From NCBI GenBank assembly GCA_903864375.1, contig CAIPFS010000574.1:1-13577 (forward strand): 13,577 bases of DNA, given 5' to 3'. Every line of letters begins with the position of its first letter. Within the stretch, counting starts at the first letter, position 1. A program made the position numbers and the translations under genes. Below are positions 1-6,764 of this stretch, piece after piece. Below the pieces are notes generated by a model. That model was not told where the DNA came from and ran no database searches. It saw nothing but the letters and a program-made list of their open reading frames with translations. Source of the DNA: an uncultured Verrucomicrobiota bacterium (GTDB taxonomy: Bacteria > Verrucomicrobiota > Verrucomicrobiia > Limisphaerales > UBA9464).

Positions 1-1186
1 AATCCACTTCGCAGCGAACCGGATAGACCCGTCCGTCATCTCCCAGGCGGCATTGCCCCCCCGTTCCCGCGGCCCGCAGGCGTCCCCCCGGTGCGGCTGG
101 GTCGCTATAACCGACAAAAAAGATGCCGTGACGCGGATCCTCCAGCATCCGGAGCGCCACCTCATAGGCCGCCGTGTTCTCAACCACCATGCCCGACGTC
201 AGGACAAACAGCCGCCCACTCAACGGCATGTTGCGAATTTCATCCGCGGAGACCACCACCAGATTCAGCTCCCGGATGAGCTTCAGGTCCGGATGATGGC
301 GATGGGTTCGTTTGGACTGGAGATCGTAGATCTCCGTGAACACCCGGCCCAATCCTCCAATGTACACCGGCTGACGCCGCACCTGACCCGCCCGCATCAT
401 CAGGGCAATCGCCGCCAGCATCTCCTGGGTCCGCCCGAGCGCAAACGCAGGAATCAAGACGCCCCCCTTTCGTGCCTGAACGGCATGGATGGCGGCCGCG
501 AGTCGCTTGACCTCCGCTGCCCGGGAAAATCCACGGGGTGTCGGTTGAGCCCCGCGCGTGGTCTCCACGATGAGCGCCTCCGCCTTGATGCCGTTGAACT
601 GCGCCGCCCGCAGCAGGGTCTGATCGTGGAAACAGACATCCCCGGAGAAGAACAGGGAGCGCCTCCCGGCTTTGACCAGGGTCCCGGCGGAACCCATGGT
701 GTGACCGGCATCGTGAAATTCCAGGGTGTAGGGGCCTCCGCTCTTCCGTCCCCGATTGGGACGCGCCCATTCGACCTCCCGTCGGTAACTCAGCCCGTCG
801 AAGACCGCCGCGAAATCATCCACCTCCTCGTGGGTGTACAGGGGGTAGCCCTTGATTCCCCGTTCATCCCGCTGCCGGGTCATGACATTCACCGAATTGT
901 GCAGAACCCGCTCCACCAAAAAATAGCTCAGGTCTGTCATGAAAACCCGGGAATGCGGGAATCGTTTGAGAGCCACTGGTAGACCGCCCACGTGATCCAG
1001 ATGGCAATGGGACACGGACACCGCTTCAATATCCAGGTGGGCCGCAGCCTCAAAAAGCGGGAGGCTGTCCGATGCTTCGCGCCGGGGATGGGTGCCGGCA
1101 TCCAGCAGAAGACTCCGGCCCTCCATTTCGACGAGCCAGGAACTGGCGCCAATATCCGCGTCCGGATTCAGGTTTGTGATTCGCAC
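1..1186 (-). CDS. beta-CASP family MBL-fold metallo-hydrolase (RNA-metabolising nuclease-like). C-terminus lies beyond window position 1. Start codon uncertain; GTG at 1186 proposed, in-frame ATGs at 1306 and 1315 are alternatives.
   Basis: Own minus-strand translation in the frame whose codon first bases fall at coordinates ≡1 (mod 3). It is open from ~1186 to position 1 (~395 codons, no stop). Motifs read from the sequence: VRITNLNPDADIGASSWLVEMEGRSLLLDAGTHP (N-terminal Gly-rich region plus MBL motif 1 Asp), SHCHLDHVGGLP (HxHxDH, + coords ~988-1023), EFHDAGHTMGSAG, FFSGDVCFHD, VLIPAFALGRTQEMLAAI (beta-CASP motif A as in CPSF-73/RNase J-like enzymes). Missing from the ORF track because its stop is outside the window. 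The listed + ORF 53..982 is antisense to it. Confidence 0.75.
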   Translation of the reverse strand, partial: MRITNLNPDADIGASSWLVEMEGRSLLLDAGTHPRREASDSLPLFEAAAHLDIEAVSVSHCHLDHVGGLPVALKRFPHSRVFMTDLSYFLVERVLHNSVNVMTRQRDERGIKGYPLYTHEEVDDFAAVFDGLSYRREVEWARPNRGRKSGGPYTLEFHDAGHTMGSAGTLVKAGRRSLFFSGDVCFHDQTLLRAAQFNGIKAEALIVETTRGAQPTPRGFSRAAEVKRLAAAIHAVQARKGGVLIPAFALGRTQEMLAAIALMMRAGQVRRQPVYIGGLGRVFTEIYDLQSKRTHRHHPDLKLIRELNLVVVSADEIRNMPLSGRLFVLTSGMVVENTAAYEVALRMLEDPRHGIFFVGYSDPAAPGGRLRAAGTGGQCRLGDDGRVYPVRCEVD

Positions 1187-1217
1187 GGGGGTATGGTTGG
1201 CACAGTTCTTTCCAGGT

Positions 1218-1228
1218 TGGAACTTCCA
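1218..1228. promoter_or_regulatory. 11-bp palindrome TGGAACTTCCA in the divergent intergenic region between the MBL gene and the GHL10 gene. A (CAAA)3 tract lies at 1236..1249.
   Basis: Perfect odd palindrome seen directly. It sits in the ~127-bp divergent promoter region 1187..1313. No known regulator is assigned. Confidence 0.2.
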
Positions 1229-1313
1229 TCGGCAATCAAACAAACAAACGTTTTGTCCTCCCCCCGGTCTTGCTCCCGCCTGCTTCCACCGCCAAGATGG
1301 GGTCATTACCAAC

Positions 1314-2843
1314 ATGAGGATCCTTCTGGTGTGGGGCCTGACCTGGATGCTGGGTTGGAGCGTGTGGGGTGCCTCGGCTCCCCCGCCGGTCGCCCGTGAA
1401 TTCCGCGGCGTGTGGATCGCCACCGTGGGCAACGTCGACTGGCCCAGCAAACCTGGACTCCCTGTCGCCCAGCAGCAGGAGGAACTCCGACAATTGCTGG
1501 ACTGCGCTGCCCGGCTTCACTTCAACGTGGTGGTCTTTCAGGTCCGCACCGCCTGCGATGCCCTGTACGACTCCCCGTTCGAACCGTGGAGTGAATATCT
1601 CACCGGTCGCATGGGCCAGGTCCCCAAACCCGCCTGGGACCCCCTTAAATTTGCGGTCACCGAGGCCCATGCCCGGGGCCTCGAGCTCCACGCCTGGTTC
1701 AATCCGTTCCGCGCCCGATATCATCAGTCGGTTTCCCCACCCTGTTCCACTCACGTTTCCATTGCACATCCGGAATGGCTGCGGCGCTTCGGACGGTACT
1801 TGTGGCTGGATCCCGGAAATCCCGAGGTGCGCGACTACTCCCTCCGGGTCATCCTTGATGTCGCCCGTCGCTACGATGTCGATGGCATCCACATCGACGA
1901 CTATTTTTACCCCTATCCCGAGGTGGTACCCGGGACTTCGACCCCGGCCACGTTTAACGACGACGCCAGTTTCAAGGCCTATCGGGACCGTGGTGGACGC
2001 CTCGAGCGGGAGGACTGGAGGCGTGACTCCGTCAATCAGTTCGTTCAACAGCTCAATGACCGGCTTCACCAGCTGAAACCGTGGTTGAAGTTTGGAATCA
2101 GTCCCTTCGGGATCTGGCGGCCCATGTATCCCATCGGCATCAAGGGACTCGACTCCTTCTCCACCCTGTTTGCCGACTCCCGCCGATGGCTTCGCGCCGG
2201 TTGGGCTGATTACTTTGCCCCCCAACTGTACTGGCCCACCGGACGCCGCGAGCAGGACTATTCCCGATTGCTCGAATGGTGGGCCACCGAAAATGCCCAG
2301 CAACGCCTCATGATCAGCGGTCTCGCGTCGGCCAATATCGGAAAGGATCGCCCGGCCACCGATGTATCCCGCCAGGTTCGGCTCCGTCGCACCCAACCCG
2401 CCACCCATGGCGCCCTCTTCTGGAATGCCTCCAGCCTCAAGAACAACCTCGGCGGCATCGCCAGTGAGCTGGCCAATGATCTCTTTCTTGAGGCCGCCCT
2501 GGTCCCTGAAACCCCCTGGCTCGGACAGGACCGTCCCCCGGCTCCCGCCCTGGGCGTTTCCACCCTTCGCGGGGGCAGGGGCCTCGACCTGAAATGGCGT
2601 CCTGCCAATGGGAACCCTGTCTCCCGGTGGGTTCTTCACTACCGCTACGGCGACCAGTGGAACGTTGTTCTGCTCTCGGCATCTTCCCGACGCTGGGAGC
2701 TGGATTTTGCACCCACCAAGGGTATCCCGGATGAGGTCTGGCTCCGGCCCGTGGGTCGGACCGGCATGCTCGGCGCTCCCGCCGTGTGGAGCTATCTGCC
2801 CCCTTCACCTCCCCGTCGCGATGGAGCCCGACGGCGGGGCTGA
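1314..2843 (+). CDS. Secreted glycosyl hydrolase-like family 10 protein (GHL10/DUF187, E. coli YddW/DigH-like) with an extra C-terminal ~110-aa beta-rich domain. 509 aa from ATG 1314; the track's longer ORF begins at GTG 1092.
   Basis: ORF track 1092..2843. The in-frame ATG at 1314 gives MRILLVWGLTWMLGWSVWGASAPP, a typical signal peptide. Family motifs follow: EFRGVWIATVGNVDWPS, FNVVVFQVRTACDALYDSPFEPWSEYLTG, KFAVTEAHARGLELHAWFNPF, DGIHIDDYFYP. Starting at 1092 would overlap the divergent MBL gene by ~95 bp. Confidence 0.8.
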   Translation: MRILLVWGLTWMLGWSVWGASAPPPVAREFRGVWIATVGNVDWPSKPGLPVAQQQEELRQLLDCAARLHFNVVVFQVRTACDALYDSPFEPWSEYLTGRMGQVPKPAWDPLKFAVTEAHARGLELHAWFNPFRARYHQSVSPPCSTHVSIAHPEWLRRFGRYLWLDPGNPEVRDYSLRVILDVARRYDVDGIHIDDYFYPYPEVVPGTSTPATFNDDASFKAYRDRGGRLEREDWRRDSVNQFVQQLNDRLHQLKPWLKFGISPFGIWRPMYPIGIKGLDSFSTLFADSRRWLRAGWADYFAPQLYWPTGRREQDYSRLLEWWATENAQQRLMISGLASANIGKDRPATDVSRQVRLRRTQPATHGALFWNASSLKNNLGGIASELANDLFLEAALVPETPWLGQDRPPAPALGVSTLRGGRGLDLKWRPANGNPVSRWVLHYRYGDQWNVVLLSASSRRWELDFAPTKGIPDEVWLRPVGRTGMLGAPAVWSYLPPSPPRRDGARRRG

Positions 2844-2857
2844 ATCGCTAAGTCGTT

Positions 2858-2931
2858 GTCCCTCTGGAACGTCCGTGTTCCGACCCTGCGTTCGGCGATA
2901 TTTCAGTACCAGGGACGCAATGTTTTTTTTC
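2858..2931 (+). terminator. Possible compound intrinsic terminator of the GHL10 gene. Outer pairing GTCCCT(2858-2863)/AGGGAC(2912-2917) encloses hairpin GGAAC-gtccgt-GTTCC (2866-2881), followed by T8 at 2923-2930.
   Basis: Inverted repeats and the T8 run read directly. The stem-to-T-run geometry is not canonical, so confidence is low. Confidence 0.25.
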
Positions 2932-2963
2932 TAAAAATTCACCTTCTTTTGATAGAAATCCCC

Positions 2964-2991
2964 TTGATGACACTACCGGTAGGGGTACTAT
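2964..2991 (+). promoter_or_regulatory. Candidate sigma70-type nrdJ promoter: -35 TTGATG (2964-2969), 16-nt spacer, -10 TACTAT (2986-2991), inside the only AT-rich stretch of the window (2920-3000).
   Basis: Hexamers and spacing read directly. The AT-rich island contrasts with the high-GC surroundings. No transcript data. Confidence 0.3.
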
Positions 2992-3017
2992 CGATTTCGA
3001 AGCACAATAAGGTGTGT
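2970..3017 (+). promoter_or_regulatory. Candidate tandem NrdR boxes upstream of nrdJ. Box 1 is ACACTACCGGTAGGGG (2970-2985, 10/16 to consensus, GC-rich centre). Box 2 is GCACAATAAGGTGTGT (3002-3017, 12/16, CACA...TGTG arms). Start-to-start spacing is 32 bp.
   Basis: Compared by eye with the published NrdR-box consensus acaCwAtATaTwGtgt, which normally occurs as two boxes about three helical turns apart upstream of nrd operons. Box 2 is a reasonable match, box 1 is weak. Box 1 coincides with the promoter spacer. Confidence 0.3.
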
Positions 3018-3028
3018 AGAGTCTGGTG

Positions 3029-3053
3029 AGTCCGGATTCAGTCATGCCGGACT
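3029..3053 (+). promoter_or_regulatory. Leader hairpin AGTCCGG-attcagtcatg-CCGGACT (7-bp stem) followed by a U-rich tract (GUCUUUGCCUUGUUUGG) inside the ~190-nt nrdJ 5' leader. Could be an attenuator-like element.
   Basis: Inverted repeat and downstream T-rich run seen directly. Function is speculative. Confidence 0.2.
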
Positions 3054-3184
3054 GTCTTTGCCTTGTTTGGTGGGTGTGTTGGCAGGTCGTCAACGCCCGA
3101 AAAGTGAACCCAACGGTAAGCCGGAAAGCCAAATGAGTCAGCCATTGCCCGAGTCTGCCCCATTACTCCAATTTGTTAACCGCC

Positions 3185-6100
3185 ATGATTGACGCCCCCA
3201 ACCCAATCGTGTCGCCTGTCCCGGTGAAGTCCGCCCGTCGGTCTGCCCAGCTCGCGACCGCCTCCCGCCGTTCCAAAACCAAGGCACGTTCCAAATCCGC
3301 CACCCTGACCTTTCCGCGCACCTTCAGCGATGCAAAGGTCAAGCCGTTTGACCAGATCGAATGGGAACGACGGACGGCTGAAATCACCGACGACTCCGGC
3401 AAGGTGGTTTTTCAGCAGGTGGGCGTTGAAGTCCCCAAGCATTGGTCCCAACTGGCCACCAAGGTCGTCTGCTCCAAATATTTCTACGGCGATCCGCAGA
3501 AAAAAGAGCGGGAATACTCCGTGCGTCAGCTCATCCATCGCGTCACCCGGACGATTGCCGACTGGGGGATCAAGGACGGTTATTTCTCAGCCGCCGAGGG
3601 CGAGGTGTTCTACGAGGAACTGACCTGGCTTTGCGTCAATCAGTACGGTGCCTTCAATTCCCCCGTCTGGTTCAACGTCGGGTTGTATCATCAGTACGGA
3701 GTCGGCAAGAACAGCGACAAGGGCAACTGGTTCTTCAACCATCAGACCGGCGAGGCCGAACGGGCCTCCACCCAGTACGAATATCCCCAGTGCAGCGCCT
3801 GTTTTATCCAGTCCGTTGATGACAACATGGAGAGCATCATGCAACTCGCCTACAGCGAGGCGATGCTCTTCAAGTTTGGGTCCGGCACCGGCACCGACCT
3901 TACCCCCATCCGCAGTGCCAGGGAAAAACTCTCCGGCGGTGGAAAGCCCAGCGGACCCATGAGCTTCCTCCGGGTCTACGATCAGGTCGCGAACGTGGTC
4001 AAGTCCGGGGGCAAAACCCGGCGCGCCGCCAAGATGAACACCATCCGCGACTGGCATGGCGACATCGAGGACTTCATCTCCGCGAAGATGCGGGAGGAGA
4101 AGAAGGCGTGGGCCCTGATCGAACAGGGGTATGACGGTTCGTTCAATGGCGAGGCCTACGGATCGGTCATGTACCAGAACGAGAATCTGTCGGTCCGCGT
4201 TTCCGATCCGTTCATGACCGCCGCCCTTTCCGGTGGCGAATGGTGGACCCGGTCGGTCACGACCGGCGAACCTCTGGAAAAGAAGGAAGCCTCCCGGCTC
4301 CTCGACCTCATTGCCGAGGGCACCTGGGTCTGTGGCGACCCGGGGCTGCAATACGATGGAGCCATTCAAAAATGGCACACCTGCAAGGGCACCGAGCCGA
4401 TTCATTCGACCAATCCCTGCTCGGAATATGTGTTTCTCAACAACACCGCCTGCAACCTGGCTTCACTCAACCTGATGAAGTTCAAGCGGGCCGACGGTGT
4501 GTTCGATATTGAACGGTTCAAGACCGCGGTTCGGATCTACATCACCGCCCAGGAAATCCTCGTCGACAATGCCTGTTATCCGACCAAGGCCATTGCCGAG
4601 AACTCCCACATCTTCCGCACCCTCGGTCTTGGTTATGCCAACCTCGGCTCCTTGATCATGAGCTACGGTCTCCCGTACGACTCCAATGAGGGCCGGGCGC
4701 TGGCCGGTGCCATCACCGCGGTGATGACCGGACATGCCTACGAACAAAGCGCCGAGCTGGCCTCCATCATGGGCGCCTTTCCCGGTTACCACGACGCCCG
4801 CTGCAACGGGGTGCCCAATCCCCCGCGCAAGGACAATGTCGAGTCCACCCTCGGCGTCATTCAATTGCACCGGGAAGCCGTGGAGACCATCACCGCCTCC
4901 CGCGATTTTGCCTTTCTCAAGGATGAGGCTCGCGCCTGCTGGGACCGCGCCCTCGCCAAGGGACGCCAGGTCGGCTATCGCAATGCCCAGGTCACCGTAT
5001 TGGCTCCCACCGGAACCATCGCCTTCCTCATGGATTGCGATACCACCGGCGTTGAGCCCGACATCGCGCTCGTCAAATACAAGCTGCTGGCCGGGGGCGG
5101 CATGCTGAAGATCGTCAATCGGACGGTTCCAGAGGCATTGCGTCGCCTGGGATACTCCGATGCCCAGGTCACCCAGATTGTCGCACATATCGAGAAGTTT
5201 GATACCATTGAGGATGTCCAGTTGGTGACCGATGATCCTGCGGTGAAATCCGGCACGGCCAAGGCCGGCGATCGCATCGCCAGCGGCCTCAAGCCCGAGC
5301 ACCTGGCCGTCTTCGATTGCGCCTTCAAGGCGCACCGGGGACTCCGCAGCATCGGCTACATGGCCCACCTGGGGATGATGGCGGCCGCCCAGCCCTTCAT
5401 CTCCGGAGCCATCTCCAAGACCGTCAATCTGCCCCACGAAGCCACCACCGCCGATATTCGCGACGCCTACACCCAGGCCTGGCGCATGGGCCTCAAATGT
5501 GTCGCCATCTACCGCGACGGTTCCAAACGTTCGCAACCGCTCAACACCAAGAAAACCAAGGACGGTCAAAGTGGCGGGGAGACGGCGGCCGAACGCACCG
5601 TCACCCTGGAAGCCCGGCTGGCGGAAGTGGAGGCCGAAGTCGTCCGCCTCACCCAGTTGACCTCCCAACCGCAACGCCGTCGGTTGCCCGACACGCGCCC
5701 GGCCGTCAACCACAAGTTCGAAATAGCCGGTCATGAAGGCTATATGACCGTGGGCATGTTCGAAAATGGCCAGCCCGGTGAGCTGTTTGTCACCATGGCC
5801 AAGGAAGGCAGCACCATTGGCGGACTCATGGACACCATCGGTGCCCTGACCAGTCTCGCCCTTCAGTATGGCGTTCCGCTCGAAGGCCTAGTCAATAAGT
5901 TCGCCTACCAGCGCTTCGAGCCCAGCGGCTTCACCCGGAATCCAGACATCCGCAAGGCGTCGTCCGTCATCGACTACGTTTTCCGATGGATGGCCTGCCA
6001 GTTCATTCAGGGATTTCGGGATGCCAATTCGCCCAAGGTCGCCCAGGCGGAACTTCCGCTGCCGGAATTGGACGAGGAAGAGAAGCGAACCATCAATCGC

Positions 6101-6313
6101 CCCGTTCTGGACCTGGCAGTCGCTGCCGCCGCAGGACCGGTGTACCGGGCAGAAACCCGTTCGGCCCCGGCCAATGGACATCGTGATCTGCTCACCAGCA
6201 CCTTTGTCAACCAGGGGGATGCCCCCAGTTGCCCCAAGTGCGGACATATCACCGTACGCAACGGAGCCTGCTACAAATGCATGAACTGTGGCGAAAGCCT
6301 CGGATGCAGCTAG
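3185..6313 (+). CDS. nrdJ: Class II adenosylcobalamin-dependent ribonucleotide reductase (NrdJ, long monomeric type) with C-terminal Cys4 zinc ribbon. 1042 aa from ATG 3185; the track's ORF begins at TTG 3173.
   Basis: ORF track 3173..6313. N-terminal FDQIEWERRTAEI...WSQLATKVVCSKYFYG. Catalytic-site region NPCSEYVFLNNTACNLASLNL (N-P-C-x-E), then GDPGLQYDGAIQKWHTC and VNLPHEATTADIRDAYTQAWRMGLKCVAIYRDGSK. C-terminus CPKCGHITVRNGACYKCMNCGESLGCS. No intein-like insertion is evident. Confidence 0.9.
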   Translation: MIDAPNPIVSPVPVKSARRSAQLATASRRSKTKARSKSATLTFPRTFSDAKVKPFDQIEWERRTAEITDDSGKVVFQQVGVEVPKHWSQLATKVVCSKYFYGDPQKKEREYSVRQLIHRVTRTIADWGIKDGYFSAAEGEVFYEELTWLCVNQYGAFNSPVWFNVGLYHQYGVGKNSDKGNWFFNHQTGEAERASTQYEYPQCSACFIQSVDDNMESIMQLAYSEAMLFKFGSGTGTDLTPIRSAREKLSGGGKPSGPMSFLRVYDQVANVVKSGGKTRRAAKMNTIRDWHGDIEDFISAKMREEKKAWALIEQGYDGSFNGEAYGSVMYQNENLSVRVSDPFMTAALSGGEWWTRSVTTGEPLEKKEASRLLDLIAEGTWVCGDPGLQYDGAIQKWHTCKGTEPIHSTNPCSEYVFLNNTACNLASLNLMKFKRADGVFDIERFKTAVRIYITAQEILVDNACYPTKAIAENSHIFRTLGLGYANLGSLIMSYGLPYDSNEGRALAGAITAVMTGHAYEQSAELASIMGAFPGYHDARCNGVPNPPRKDNVESTLGVIQLHREAVETITASRDFAFLKDEARACWDRALAKGRQVGYRNAQVTVLAPTGTIAFLMDCDTTGVEPDIALVKYKLLAGGGMLKIVNRTVPEALRRLGYSDAQVTQIVAHIEKFDTIEDVQLVTDDPAVKSGTAKAGDRIASGLKPEHLAVFDCAFKAHRGLRSIGYMAHLGMMAAAQPFISGAISKTVNLPHEATTADIRDAYTQAWRMGLKCVAIYRDGSKRSQPLNTKKTKDGQSGGETAAERTVTLEARLAEVEAEVVRLTQLTSQPQRRRLPDTRPAVNHKFEIAGHEGYMTVGMFENGQPGELFVTMAKEGSTIGGLMDTIGALTSLALQYGVPLEGLVNKFAYQRFEPSGFTRNPDIRKASSVIDYVFRWMACQFIQGFRDANSPKVAQAELPLPELDEEEKRTINRPVLDLAVAAAAGPVYRAETRSAPANGHRDLLTSTFVNQGDAPSCPKCGHITVRNGACYKCMNCGESLGCS

Positions 6314-6552
6314 ACAGGATTGAAATGACTTTCCGCCTGGTGATTTGCGGATTCGACCCCGGGGCTGTCCTTGGGGTCCATGCCGGGCGGGTTCAGCGAG
6401 AGCAAGGTTAGTTAATCCGAAGAGAGAGCCCGGGGTGCGGTCGCCCCGGGCTCAATCGAGGGAAGTGGGTCTGGAGATCAACCGTCTCCCCAAAACCGTT
6501 GGGGAGCGAAACGGCTGGGATCGTCGACGCCCATGGAGGTGAAAAAGGGGAG
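6314..6552 (+). other. Densely structured ~240-nt nrdJ 3' region that may be a 3'UTR-derived sRNA or cis element. Hairpins: GACCCC...GGGGTC (6355-6378); perfect 10-bp stem GAGCCCGGGG-tgcggtcg-CCCCGGGCTC (6426-6453); mutually exclusive GGAGA-tcaaccg-TCTCC (6472-6488) versus CTCCCCAA-aaccg-TTGGGGAG (6486-6506). The region ends at the terminator at 6552.
   Basis: All inverted repeats read directly. The region lies between the nrdJ stop (6313) and a canonical terminator, and only arginine-rich spurious ORFs overlap it. Confidence 0.3.
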
Positions 6553-6589
6553 GTTCGGGACGGAAACGTCCCGAACTTCTTTTTTTTCC
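6552..6589. terminator. Canonical intrinsic terminator shared by convergent nrdJ (+) and the flotillin-like gene (-). Stem GGTTCGGGACG/CGTCCCGAAC(T) with GAAA tetraloop, then TTCTTTTTTTT on + (6577-6587). On the minus strand it is followed by CTCCCCTTTTTC.
   Basis: 10 perfect base pairs plus a G·U closing pair, a GNRA-type loop and an 11-nt T-rich tail seen directly. It lies 239 nt after the nrdJ stop and ~190 nt after the minus-strand gene's stop at 6765. Confidence 0.7.
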
Positions 6590-6764
6590 GTGCTACTATT
6601 TCCGTCCCGATGATTCAAATCCAACCTGTTGAATCAGATCAACATCGGTGGGGCGAAGCTCCTGCTGAGCCGCGGCGGACCGGATTACCGTCGGTACCAC
6701 TCTGACATTGTAGCCGGCGAGCATCCCTCGTCGTAAAATCGACCCGACTCATTTCAACACAGTT

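Noticed and set aside
53-982. 309-aa + strand ORF (MPPRSRGPQASPRCGW...)
   Set aside because: Antisense shadow of the minus-strand beta-CASP MBL gene. Arg/Pro/Gly-rich with no recognisable motifs, whereas the opposite strand carries HxHxDH and beta-CASP motifs.
1236-2639. 467-aa minus-strand ORF opposite the GHL10 gene
   Set aside because: Gly/Pro-rich low-complexity translation typical of antisense frames in high-GC DNA. The + strand has a clear signal peptide and GHL10 motifs.
3001-3172. Cobalamin riboswitch upstream of nrdJ (weak GGTGAGTCCGGA / GACTGTC / AGTCAGCCA resemblance to RF00174 elements)
   Set aside because: Matches to the B12 box and core are poor. A B12-OFF switch in front of a B12-dependent reductase makes little physiological sense. 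NrdR control explains the region better.
3587-5734. Minus-strand ORFs 3587..4405 (272 aa) and 4463..5734 (423 aa) inside nrdJ
   Set aside because: Gly-rich antisense shadows of the nrdJ reading frame.
6352-6364. 13-mer TCGACCCCGGGGC shared between 6352-6364 and 13295-13307 as a possible REP-like repeat
   Set aside because: One exact 13-mer recurrence in a 13.6-kb high-GC window is about chance expectation. No further copies or flanking similarity.
6608-6640. tRNA T-arm-like GATTCAAATCC and possible hammerhead-like CCGATGA...GATTCAA/TTGAATC stem
   Set aside because: No complementary T-stem or acceptor stem. The conserved C56 and GAAA elements are missing in the required positions. It is just a 7-bp hairpin.
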